Shown in pieces: positions 1-11,927 of a stretch of DNA of 64,000 nt; position 1 is the first letter of the stretch; each line of letters opens with the position of its first letter. Source of the DNA: Hydrolagus affinis (Eukaryota); the NCBI GenBank assembly GCA_012026655.1, contig JAAILG010000170.1, positions 1 through 64,000 on the forward strand, given 5' to 3'. The notes below the pieces were generated by a model that was given only the letters and a program-made list of their open reading frames with translations, was not told the origin of the DNA and did not search any database. The position numbers and the translations under genes are program-made.

Positions 1-127
1 TAGTATGTCCTGAGTTTGGGGCTTCGATTTATTTGATGTTATTTAACTGAGGAGATGTTTCTTGGTGGGTGTTGTTTGCAATTCTTCCTATTGATGTATC
101 TGTCTTTACACTTGTTTGAAAATATGA

Positions 128-231
128 AATATACATATACACGCACACATACATATATACATACAGACACATACATTATACACACGCACACACATATATA
201 TATGTATGCACACACGCACACACACACACAT
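128..231. repeat. Compound (CA/TA)n microsatellite
   Basis: acacgcacacatacatatatac...cacacacacaca. Confidence 0.9.
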
Positions 232-299
232 CGAATCTCTCCTTTCTAGTTTAAATCAAAAGCTCCACCTTCTTTATTGGGGAGCCACCAGGAATGTGG

Positions 300-600
300 G
301 CTCATATCCTCCTCCCCTCCTCCATCGCTGTTGCTTGTGAAACATTTCCTCTCTTTTTTTTTGGGGGGGGAGGTGGGAAGGAAGGAAGGAAGGAAGGGAT
401 AGGGGGTGGGGGGGGGGGCGGGGGGAGAGACAGAGAAAAAAATACTGTCCATTTCCATGTGTCAGTCAGGCGCTGCACCTCATCGCTATTGGCCGAGGAG
501 AAGCCAGTCCCGGGACTCAGTCGCGCTGAACCGAGTCGACGCTGAGCAGTTGCACTTTGCGATTGCATTGTATGTGTGTGTGTGTGTGTAAGCCTTTCAC
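300..600 (+). promoter_or_regulatory. Probable PCDH19 proximal promoter: G-tracts, (GGAA)n, CpG cluster, inverted CCAAT
   Basis: G-runs 363-425, CpG-dense 465-562, ATTGG at 488-492, about 0.8-1 kb upstream of the ATG. The TSS cannot be determined from sequence. Confidence 0.5.
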
Positions 601-690
601 CAGCCACAGTCAAGACTCTCTCTCTCTCTCTGTGTGTATCTGCGAGTCTCTCTCTCTGTCTGTCTATCCGCGAGTCTCTCTCTCTCTCCA
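572..690. repeat. (TG)n and (CT)n microsatellites
   Basis: tgtgtg run 574-589; ctctct runs 616-690. Confidence 0.9.
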
Positions 691-854
691 TCTCTGGTGT
701 TATTTCTCTCCAATAAAACTTCCATCGGGAAGAGAACAGGAATTTTAATCTCTAAACAAGCCTGCCGCAGCATTCCACTACCTTACACCTCCTTTATTAG
801 TATTGTTTTTCGGGAGTGGGGGGGGGCGGGTTGAGGGGAGTTAGGGTACACCCT

Positions 855-956
855 TTCTCTCTGTTTTTCTCTCTCTCTCTCTCTCTCCACCCATCTTGGG
901 GGAGAGTGTAGCTTTGGACCACGGTTAGAGAGAGAGAGGGAGAGAGGGGGAGAGAG
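855..956. repeat. (CT)n followed by (GA)n microsatellites, mutually complementary
   Basis: tctctctctc 867-887 and agagagagag 927-956. Confidence 0.85.
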
Positions 957-1174
957 GTGTTGGCAGTCACTGCTGCAGATACAAGACCCAAGGTTAAGGT
1001 GCACATCAGTTTCCGAGCGTTTTATTTTTTCAATTCTTTTATTTTTATTTGCAGCCTAAAAGCTGAGGCTTTGATTTTTTTTTCTCTCCTTTACTTTTTT
1101 TTATCCCAAAGCCCTCCTATCGTCCTACCCACCCGTGCGGACATTTACAAGGTGAGCAGAAACATTTTGTTTAA

Positions 1175-1335
1175 ACACACACACACACAAATACACACAC
1201 ACACGCACGCACACACATATATATAAACACACACACGTATATATATCTTACTTGGGAATGGGGCAGTGAACGTCTTAACGCATTGGAGGCATCATACTCT
1301 CTCTCTGTCTCTCTCTGTGTGTGTGTGTCTCTGTG
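1175..1335. repeat. (CA)n/(TA)n and (CT)n/(TG)n microsatellites in the 5' leader
   Basis: Seen directly. Confidence 0.85.
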
Positions 1336-1376
1336 TATCATTCGTTCATCATGTCAGCGACGATGAGCTGTTTGCA

Positions 1377-3863
1377 ATGAATCCGAAAATCAACAGGTAC
1401 GGATCGGGGATGGACTTGATCTTGCTGCTGTTCTTGCTGCTCTGGGCTCGGGTGGGAGCCGTGATTAATCTCAAATACTCCATCGTGGAAGAGGAGAGAG
1501 CCGGGACCATCGTCGGGAACATCGCCAAGGACGCCGGGTTCGCCACTCCCGAGCAGAAGGCGCCGATTTTCCGCGTCCTGTCCAATTCCGCCCCTCACCT
1601 GATCGACATCAACCCATCGACCGGTTTGCTGGTGACCAAGCAGCAGATTGACCGAGACCTGCTCTGCAGACAGAGCGTCAAATGCCTGATCTCGCTGGAG
1701 GTGATGGTGAAATCCATGGAGATCTGCGTGGTCAAGGTGGAGATCTTGGACATCAACGACAACGCTCCCAGCTTCCCCACCGAGCAGATCGACCTGGAGA
1801 TATCCGAGACGGCGAGCCCGGGGACCAGGGTCCCCCTGGAGAGCGCCTACGACCCAGACGCCGGACCGTTCGGGGTTCAGAGTTACCAGATCACACCCAA
1901 CGACCTGTTCGGTTTGGAAATCAAGACCCGGGGCGATGGATCTCGCTTCGCGGAGCTGGTGGTGGAGAAGGAGCTGGACAGGGAGACCCAGTCTCACTAC
2001 AGCTACTTGATCACCGCCCTGGACGGCGGGGAACCTCCCAACTTCGGGACCACCGAGCTCAACATCAAAGTCATCGACTCGAACGACAACTACCCGGTGT
2101 TCGACGAGCAGGCTTACAGCGTCAACTTGCTGGAGAACGCGCCCTCCAACTCGCTGGTCATCGACCTGAACGCCTCGGATCCCGACGAAGGCACCAACGG
2201 GGAGATCGTGTATTCCTTCAACAGCTACGTGTCGGACAAGACCAGGGAAATCTTCAAGCTGGACCCCAGGAGCGGGTCGATCACCGTTAGGGGCCATATC
2301 GATTACGAGGAGGGCAGCATCTATGAAATCGACGTGCAAGCCAAAGACTTGGGTCCCAATTCCATCCCGGCTCATTGCAAAGTCACAGTCAACGTGGTGG
2401 ACGTCAACGACAACGTCCCCGTTATCACCCTCTTCTCGGTCAACAGCGAGACGGTGGAGGTGAGTGAGGCGGCCCCTCCGGGTTATGTCATTGGTTTGGT
2501 TCGTGTGTCAGACAAGGACTCCGGGACCAATGGCCGGGTTCAGTGTAAACTCTTAGGCAACGTCCCGTTCAAGCTGCAGGAGTACGAGAGCTTCTACACC
2601 ATCCTGGTGGACGGCAGGTTAGACCGGGAGCAGAGAGACCAGTACAACTTGACCATCTTGGCCAAAGACGGGGGCTCGCCCTCCCTGCAGTCCACCAAAT
2701 CCTTCACCGTCAAGATCACCGACGAGAACGACAACCAGCCCCACTTCTCCAAACCCTTCTACCAAGTCATCGTCCAGGAGAACAACACTCCGGGTTCCTA
2801 CCTGCTCTCGGTGTCGGCCAGAGACGTCGACCTGGGCTTAAATGGGAGCGTTTCCTACCAAATCGTCCCGTCGCAAGTCAAGGACATGCCCGTGTTCACC
2901 TACGTGTCCATCAACCCCACCTCGGGGGACATTTATGCCCTGAGGTCGTTCAACCACGAGCAGACCCGGTCTTTCGAGTTTAAGGTCATGGCCAAGGATG
3001 GCGGCAACCCTGCCCTGGAGAGCAACGCCACCGTCAGGGTCATCGTTCTGGACGTGAACGACAACGTCCCGGTCATCACGGCCCCACCTCTGGTCAACGG
3101 TACCACCGACATCTACATCCCCAGGAATGTGGGCTCGGGTTACCTGGTGACGGTGCTGAAAGCCGACGACTACGACGAAGACGACAACGGGCGCTTGACC
3201 TACCAGATCGCCGACGGCGACCGGGGCTTCTTCGAGATCGACAAGGTCAAGGGCGAGATCAAGACCACCAAGAGCTTCGGAGACGGGGCCGAGACCAGCT
3301 ACGAGCTGATCGTGGTGGCCCAGGACCACGGCAAGCCCGCCCTGTCCTCCACCGCCCTAATCGTGGTCTACCTCACCCCTGCCCTGGACGCCCAGGAATC
3401 CACCGGCTCCTTGAACCTGTCGCTCATTTTCATCATCGCTTTGGGGTCCATCGCCGCCATCCTGTTCGTGACCATGATCTTCGTGGCTGTGAAGTGCAAG
3501 CGGGACAACAAGGAGATCAGGACCTATAACTGCAGGGTGGCCGAGTACTCGTACGGGCAGCAGAAGAAGCCCAAGAAGAAGAGCAAGATCAACAAGAACG
3601 ACATCAGGCTGGTGCCCCGGGACATGGAGGAGGCGGATAAAATGAACGTGGTCAGCTGCTCGTCCCTCACCTCGTCGCTGAACTATTTCGATTACCACCA
3701 GCAGAGTCTGCCCCTGGGCTGCAGGAGGTCCGAGGCCACCTTCCTGAACGTGGAGAACCACAACTCGAGGAACGCCGCCGGAAATAACGTGTACCACACT
3801 TTCACCAGCACCCAGGGCTCCCAGCAGCCAGACCTCATCATCAACGGGATCCCCCTGCCCGAG
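1377..3863 (+). CDS. PCDH19: Protocadherin-19 coding exon 1 (signal peptide, EC1-EC6, TM, proximal cytoplasmic domain); start at ATG 1377 or in-frame ATG 1410
   Basis: Translation matches PCDH19 as I recall it: [34 protein letters not shown], five DxNDN linkers, [72 protein letters not shown]. Ends at phase-0 donor GAG|GTGAGT (3863/3864). Confidence 0.97.
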
Positions 3864-6800
3864 GTGAGTGGCTTGTTTGGCTTTCCTAACCCTCCCCCCA
3901 CACCCCCCAACTCCCACTCACTCCCTCCCCAACCACCTCCCTTTTATCTCTCAAAGCTCAATCGTGCATTCAGCCCAGAAGTCAGGAGAGCTTCGTATGT
4001 ATGGATGTGTGTTTTCATATGTGTGTGTGTGGTGTGTGTTTTTGTATGTGTGTGTGTGGCAGCTGCAGCCTTCCTCTTTTCAATGGTCTAGTCGGTCTTG
4101 AATATAAGTGGGGCAACCTGGGGGTGAGGCTATCATAACATGTGAGTTCCTCCACTTGCCAAAGAATGGGATTGAAGGGCACAGGACATGTCAATTGAAT
4201 GATTTATTACTGTATTGACTGGTCAGTAAACAGCCCTTATTATATGTTGCCTTGACACTCCACATACTGCTACTGAGAGGAGTTAAGAGTATGTGTTGTG
4301 TGTCTCCTTTAGAAACACTGGTATGTGGGATTGACAGGATCATAGTTCAACTTCAGTGCAACTTTAACCAGAAATAGGATCTCACTTTTAATTTACACTG
4401 TTTCCTTAATGACCGACCGACCATGTGTGTTGGGGTGTACCTGTTCACCTGTTCCTTGTGAATCAGTGGAGTTGAGGGTTGTTTGTCTAAGGTCTGGTTT
4501 GTGTGCTTTGAACCTTTGATACTTTTACTAGGATGACTGAACACCAGCACTGGTTGCTTGCCTACTGGTTTTGAGGAGTTGGATGATTGGACCATGGAAT
4601 GGGGAAGCTTGCATTGAGCCAGGCTATCTCCCCAAAACTTAACACTTGTCCTGATGTTGATCACTGCCCTATTGTTGTGGCACAAAGCACAGTGAGCAAT
4701 CAGAGGTGAAATGTGTGCGAGTGCGGGGAGTTGGGGAGAAGTACAGTACTTGTATAAAGTTTTTAACTTGATGAAAACTGGTGGTGAAATGTGCATCAGG
4801 AACTGTACCAAAACTTAGTGAAAAGCATTGAATCACAAAGGGTAATGCAAAGGATTATCAGGATCCGAAAATCAACCCCTCTGGGGAAAGTCAAATCCCT
4901 CTTGAGGAGAGTGGAAAGAGATTTAGGAGGGTGGAAAAAATAAGTCGTGTTAACAAGCAATCTTCAGAGTACAGTGAGAGTATTGATTTTTTTTTACGAA
5001 AAAGCTTTTTTTTAAAAAAAGAAAAGACAAAGAGAGGAAAGGAAAGAAAAGTTAGTGTTTTTCCAATAATTGGAAGGAATGTATTATTTTTAAAACTCCA
5101 CAAAAGATACAAGAAATGTTTTTGGAAACCTGATGATGGATGCGAGTGATTTTAATTTAAAAAAAAGTAAAAACAAATTAGAAAATTGCAAAGATAGTTA
5201 GACACAAGAAACAAAATAAATAAATAAGAGATATGTTTTAATTAGTCACATTGACTGCTGTTATTGCAATTCACAATTGTTAAATCTATTGAAAGTTTAT
5301 TGTGCATTTGAGAAATATGACATGACCTTATGAAATTGCTTTCAAAGCCATGAGTGGGTACTTACTGTAATTTAACTAGTGGCAAAAGTATTTGACTATG
5401 TGAGTGCGCCATACACACCAAAACATGCTCTCACCGCTACTCCAAAATGGCATATTAACTCCTGAAATTGTAATTGCTATTGACAATCAAGTGATTCCCA
5501 ATTCAATCACCAAAGCAAATTCTACTCTTCAGGGAAAACATTTTACAGTTTTCAGGTGTTTTGTGGCCTGACCAAAATAGAGTTGAAATTTGTCATGATT
5601 TCTGTGCTCTTTTTACCTCAAGAATACAGACGCCCAAAGCTTAATTGTCTCGACACTGCCTTACACCTTAAATATCAGGATGCTCCAAACCTTGGCCCAG
5701 GAAAGAGTAAATATCCAGATTTTTCACCTTCATTCGCCAACACCTTAGTAATCTCCTTAGTAATACCGAGAGGGCAGTTGAGTAAGATACCACAACAAAA
5801 TTACGTTGGGAGGACGTTCCAAAGCGCTGAAAGATAATACTTGCATTCATAATACAGTAATTGGTGCCTTTCACATCAGGAGGACGTCTTGAATCCCTTT
5901 GCAAAATATACTGTAAGCTGCAGTCATTGTGTAATTTGTAGATAAATAATTGCGCCACCTCCTCTTTCATCAGGTAGAAATAAAAATTAGTTTCATGTAA
6001 TTAATACAATTAGTGCAGGGCCAAGCTTTAATTCTCACTAACAGCTGCTTTATAAACTGCTTTCAAAGAAGCCTCTCTCTAAAAAATATTTTGACAGCGC
6101 TGGCTACTGTGAAGTAGAATGAAAGATGCAGAGCTTCATTGGTAGAGTTGTCTGATCAAGCAGCAATCGTCTGGTTTTGATGCAGTGAAGCTGCAGGCTC
6201 TTCTCAAAGGGTTAAACGTCACACATTGGCACAGAAGATTGGCAAATGGGGCTGCCACAACTCGTTCCTGACATTGATCTAATTCTTTAAGATGGTATTG
6301 CAAGAAATCAATAACATGATTAGTGGCAGATCGAATATCCACACACCTCTCTACAAACATCATTATTCTGCACAACCAGCCCCCTGCCAAAGACAATGTT
6401 GGTTTGATTTACCTTGAGAGGCGCAAGCTACCCTTGCATATGACAAAGCAGCAGTGTGTGGAGCCCTGTAGCAGGAAAGTCAACAGAACTCACCAGTGTT
6501 CCGCTCAGGCAGCTGCTCTGCTGTGAGCCTTTCAGCCCATTTTCTCTTGATCTGTCCCTATTACAATGATGACAATAGCTCAACAGAAGACAGCATTGAT
6601 TTTACATCCTACAACATTGTGCGACCCCTATCGCCAGGGTGATGCACTGTCACCAAACCCATCTCTTAACCGCTTTGCTAAAGGAGGATATTTACATGTA
6701 GTTGAATGCACTCTTTGCTTTTAGGTGTTTGGAATAATTACCATCTCTTTGAAAGCAAGCTAAGAATGTTTTATTTGCAGCATCATGCGGCGTTCAAAGC

Positions 6801-9280
6801 CACTCAGATTCGTAAATCACAGTGGTTTATTTCAGAAACATGCCATGTTGCTGTAGCATTCTATCACTCCCTAGCGCAAAACCACGCTATTTTCTTTATA
6901 GGTGGAATGCAATTGCTGTAACGTGGTGTTTAAACAGCGTGAAGTGAAATCATCATAATGATGATGTGCTGATCAAGAAAATGCAGTTTTATGTATTATA
7001 CAAATCTGCGATAACACAGGTTTGATGCTCAGCTTCGCTGAGTTCCTCATATTGGGAGCTCTTGCAAATTGAACATATAGGTGTTTAGGGTGTTCCTAAA
7101 TACAGGTTAGTAATTAGATTCTGGGTAACTTTGGGGAAAATGGGGTGGAACGTCTCTACTATACTTCACTGTGCACCCGACTCCGAGTGACATGAGAGCA
7201 TGTTGTATATTATTGTCTGGGAAAGGTGAGAAGACCAGTGAAAACCAGAGAAAAAGGAGGTACACATACCATTCTCAAATTTCTAAACCATACAGGGATA
7301 TAAAGGTGCTGTGTGATTATGAGAGGAAATCCGATTCTTGTCAAAGATGAGATGTGGAATGCTCAGTAGAATTTATACCTAAGAATGTTAATGCTTCAGC
7401 ACATTCCATGTCAATTGCTCGTTTTATTCAGAAACATTGCACATAAGGATTGAATTCTGCTCCCACCTGCAAAACCTATTGGAACCTTGGATGAACTGCA
7501 AAACGGTCTTTCTGTTGAGCTTTGATGTTTTCAGTCTCAGAATCCCACTGTCTCAGTTGGTGTTTAATATTGATGTAAATCCGATTTGTAACTTCAGGCA
7601 GGCAAAGGGATCAATAATTAGTCAAACATCCAAGTAGTATATTTAAATCGGAGAGTGTAGAATAACCTTTGCTGTTCTTTCCCGTGTGTTTCTGCTACTA
7701 TTTTTATTGTAAAACATGATGCAAGTGAACAACCATTACTTGAGCTGGCTTTATGCATCTTTAGCTGTCTGGATTTTGTAATCTGAACCACTCCGTCTGC
7801 AGATTTACTGCTTGGATTACATTTTTATTGTTTTGTTCGAGCAACGTGCTGTAGGCATGTTACAATTATCATTCATCAAGATAAGAAACGGGCAAAACTC
7901 CCACAGGGATGGATTACAATATAGGTTGTTGACCCATTAGAGGCAGCGAGCCTATGTTGTGTGGAGTGAGTGAGTACAAGGCACATTCCGTAAGCATTAG
8001 AAGGGTGAAAAAAGATCCACGCTGCTCAGTGATGTGTGGCACACCCTTGGGAGGAATGGATGGCTTGCAGGTTTGTAGTAATGGCCCATTGTTATCCAAA
8101 TGACATGTTTGCATAATCTGTGTAACAGTTTGAAATAGGGCAATCTATTTATCATAGCAATAACCCCCTTAAATGCTTGTAGTTGAGCAAAACTGTGTTT
8201 AAGGAATCAGGTGAGATCCTTCGTAATGAATGTTTTGGTGCCATTTTTGGTACCATTGGTAAAAGGGGCGGGGGGGGGTGGCGGTGGGGGGTGGATATGG
8301 TCTCAGGGTCTAACAAGGTGGCCTCAATAATAGCAGTAATAATAATACTACTGATAATAAATGCTTGAGTTTCATATAGCATTACTATGTTGTTGCAAAG
8401 TATCAAGGTGCTTCACAGATTTGTTTTGCCAATATTGTAAATTGGATTGACTATATTTTGTGGGTGAATAAGAACACTGCTGCGAATGCCTGATAGGTGA
8501 GATATTACGGCTGATGCATAATCAAAAGATAATATGGAATGTGGATAAAAATATCTGGATTACAGTTTGTCATCAATATGTAGAGCAGGCCACTCGGTCA
8601 TCACATCAGCAAACTGCAACTACTTATCACTAGTACACTTGGTAAGCATTTCTTGTTTTAAAACATAATTAAATAGCTACAGGCTCATAAAAATAAAGCT
8701 TCCCGTGCACTTAGAGTAATAATGAAGATGAAGGACAAAGCACTTTTTTGTGACATCGCTGCACTTCATTTCTCTTTTTAATGCAGCAGAATATCCCGAG
8801 TGTTAACCTGGGGTTAGGATTTCACTGGAAACTCTCACATTGTAATAACCTAAATTCAATTCCATTGAACTTTGAAAACTAACATGAACTGTTTGAGCTT
8901 CAATACGCTATTCTATGCGTGTCTAGGATTTGTTTCTTCCATCTTCCATGATGGATTCCCAGTTTAGGCTCTATTGGTGGATGGTGGGGGGTGCGCGGTG
9001 GGAAGAGTCAATGAGGAGGCTGCAGCAGATTCTTTGTGGGTGGAAAATGAGTAGGATTGTTAAATCCGAGGACAGGTTCCCTTCCTGAACCAGAAACATG
9101 GCACGCAGTGCTACTGAGAATTGCTAGTGCTCAATCCTCGCTCCCTCCTTCCAGCCATTGGTGGCTGAGCTTTCAGCCCCAATAAACAATCTGTCTATTA
9201 CATATCTGCTATGTTTTAGAATACAGTATTTTTAAAATATATAAACTACTACTTATCAATAGTACACTTGGTAAGCATTT

Positions 9281-9569
9281 CGCCTTACAAGCGTGAGACC
9301 AGGCTTCAATTCCAGGCAGGGCAAAACCATGGGCAAGTTTCCTTACTCCACACACCTGATAATAATCTCTCTCAAGTAAAAAAAATAATAAATTGGTCAT
9401 TTCAATCCACAACTGTTTATGGGACACTGCTGTGCTCCATTGGCTGCCGCATACGCTCATAAATACACAAGTCAATTCACTTTACAGTACTGTATATACT
9501 GTGAAGCATTTTGAGATGTCTAGAAGGCGTGAAAAGGACTATAGTAAATGCAAGGATTATTATTGTTAT
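9281..9569 (+). mobile_element. tRNA-derived SINE with L2-type tail, 5'-truncated
   Basis: Shared body gggcaagtttccttactccacac...tgtgaagcattttgagatgtctagaagg...caaggattattatt, as in other copies. Confidence 0.9.
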
Positions 9570-9660
9570 CATTTTTTGTTTTAAAACATAATGAAATGGC
9601 AACATCTCATAAAAATAAAGCTATTTTGTACACTTAAAGTAATAATGAAGATGAATGACA

Positions 9661-10256
9661 ATTTAGCCTTCAGCCACTATTGTCCTGCTTTCTGAAATTC
9701 TCTCTCAAATCTCTTCTGCGGAGCCCTGTAGCTCAGTGGTTAGAGCACTCACCTAGTAAGTGAGAGATCTGGGTTAAAATCCCGGCAGCGCGAAACCTTG
9801 GGCAAGTTTCCTTACTCCCAAATGCCTGATAATAATCCATGAAGAAAAAATAAATAAATTGGTCACTTCAATTCATGACTATTTGTCGGAGACTACTGTG
9901 CACAATTGTTTGCCGAGTTTTGCCCACAAATATGCAATCAGTTCAATTTACCGTGTATTCAGTGAAGCGCTTTGAGACGTCTAGAAGATGTGAAAAGCGT
10001 TAAATCAAATGCAACAATTATTGCACCTTCTATCTTCCTGCCCTCAAAATATTCTTGTCAACTTATTTCTATGACATTGCCTTCAGTCAGTGGCCTTAAA
10101 TTATCCCCCTTCTCCTCAATGCTCCTTAATCAATGACAAGTTGGATTGATGGAACGCCCCTCGCGGAGTATTGTCTAGAAAATTTACCGTATCAGCGAAG
10201 CACTTTTGAGATATTCACATCCTAGATGAAAAACACTACAAGTACTTGTTGTTGTT
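9661..10256 (+). mobile_element. Degenerate L2 LINE 3' end split by the SINE at 9720-10022
   Basis: gccttcagcc...ctgaaattctctctc before the SINE; ttcctgccctcaaa...gacattgccttcag...gcacttttgaga...gttgttgtt after it. Confidence 0.6.
9720..10022 (+). mobile_element. Full-length tRNA-derived SINE nested in an L2 3' fragment
   Basis: Head GGAGCCCTGTAGCTCAGTGGTTAGAGC (A box), B-box-like GGGTTAAAATCCC, tail gtgaagcgctttgagacgtc...aaatgcaa. Confidence 0.92.
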
Positions 10257-11769
10257 CTAAGTGATTTGCACAAAAGATGGATTGATAGAAGCCTGGCAAC
10301 AGGTGACCCAAATTCTCTCTCATTTACAATTGGGGATTATGGTTTAGAGAAACTATTGGAAGGCAGAGAACCTAATGGTGGATGGGGGGTTGGGGGAGTG
10401 GGGAGAGAACACACAAACTCTGAAGAAGTGAATTTTTCCCACTGTTTTACATATTTAAATGGTAATCTAAAACATAGCAGATGTACAATGAACAGATTGT
10501 TTGCGCCAGTGGCTGTGTTTGTTCCGTGACTGAGGAAGACCTCATAGTTAATGCCATATTTAATTAAACGCACCACTTTTGACTGGGCTTCGCTGAATAG
10601 ACTTCCTGAAGACGACACAGAAAGAAAAGCAGATCTGGTTAAAAAACAAGTGCAAATGAGAGCAATTGGGATATCTGAACATTGAAATAGAAGAGGCAAC
10701 ACAAAAGAAGGAGTTGAGGGAGTTGAAACATCTATTGTTTACAGGCCTAAAGAAATGCAAATGATCTGTGGGTCACATGTAAATAAATGTACCTGCCCTG
10801 GGGATCAGCTCATAGAATAGAGAAAAAAGAAGGCTATAATTAGCCAGAATAACTTTATTTGAAGTACTTGGTTCAATCATGGGGGAGATATGGGAATGTA
10901 GCTGTGAAGATTGCTGTAGATCAAGCTACAGTATTACGTATTTATTAAGAAATCTTGTGGACCAAGCTAGACACTGCCAGATACCCACAGATCTGGACCA
11001 CACGGATCAATTAGAAAGTATAGATTAACGTTTTAAACAACATGAATAACAACAATAAAATTACATTTGCAGAGCGCCTTTCACATTGGGGGAGACATCC
11101 AAACTGACATTCTCCCGACTGATCCTTGAAGCTCCAAACTGATCCATGTGATTGAGTTGCAGTTTCCAGTAGCGACACAAGTAGGTGCGCAATTTGGTGA
11201 CAGGAAAAGACAGGCTATAAAAATGGTATTTATAGTATAAAGTCTCCTTTGATTTCCCTCTCCGGCCTGTGTTACTACGTGCAGGCTGATCTTGGGACTT
11301 CTGCCTTTGTTACTGAGAACCAGGTGCTGCATAAGAGCTAGGAGAAATCATTTTCCTTGGATTTATAGGAAGCTTCTGACCTCTGCTGGGAACTCAAGAT
11401 GGGATATCATACCACTCCCACTTCGGGACTCATCTTCTGCCCTCCATGTCATCAGTTTGGGCGTCATCTTACAATCCACCTGCTCTAAATCATTATTACT
11501 TACCTATGACACTAAACCTTATCTAAGTACAGTATGTAGTATCAGCGCAGAGCAAACATTTAATATGACTTATGCTGTGCTATGTCAAATGTGCATAGAA
11601 TATAAACTATTGAACAGGTAAATGTATGATTTAGGCGATTGTACAATTTATACAGGTCAGATTTATGCAAGTCTTACAGTACAGTGTTTCACCTTGCTCC
11701 ACAATCCTCTGTTCGCCTAGCAGTAAGTAGGAACCTGGTTGTTGGTCGATTGGGGGATTGCTTTTCCGA

Positions 11770-11927
11770 GGATAAAGATGTTTGTGGGACATTACTGTGT
11801 ACAGTTGTCCGATGCGATTTGCCCACAACATATACATATAGATATACAGTCAATTCTGTGAAGCGCTGTGAGGTGTCTCAAAGAGGTGATAAGGTGCTAT
11901 ATCAAATGCAGGGATCATTATTATTTT
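11770..11927 (+). mobile_element. SINE 3' half
   Basis: tgtttgtgggacattactgtg...gtgaagcgctgtgaggtgtc...atcaaatgcagggatcattattatt. Confidence 0.85.

Noticed and set aside
1338-3917. Long antisense and alternate-frame ORFs (345, 202, 163, 186 aa)
   Set aside because: Shadows of the GC3-rich cadherin exon; no recognisable domains.
1266-4091. 941-aa single-exon ORF as the real protein
   Set aside because: It starts at GTG and crosses microsatellite; homology begins at 1377/1410 and ends at the donor at 3863.
9720-9795. tRNA-Thr(AGT) gene
   Set aside because: T loop is TTAAAAT, the acceptor stem has mismatches, and it continues into a SINE body.
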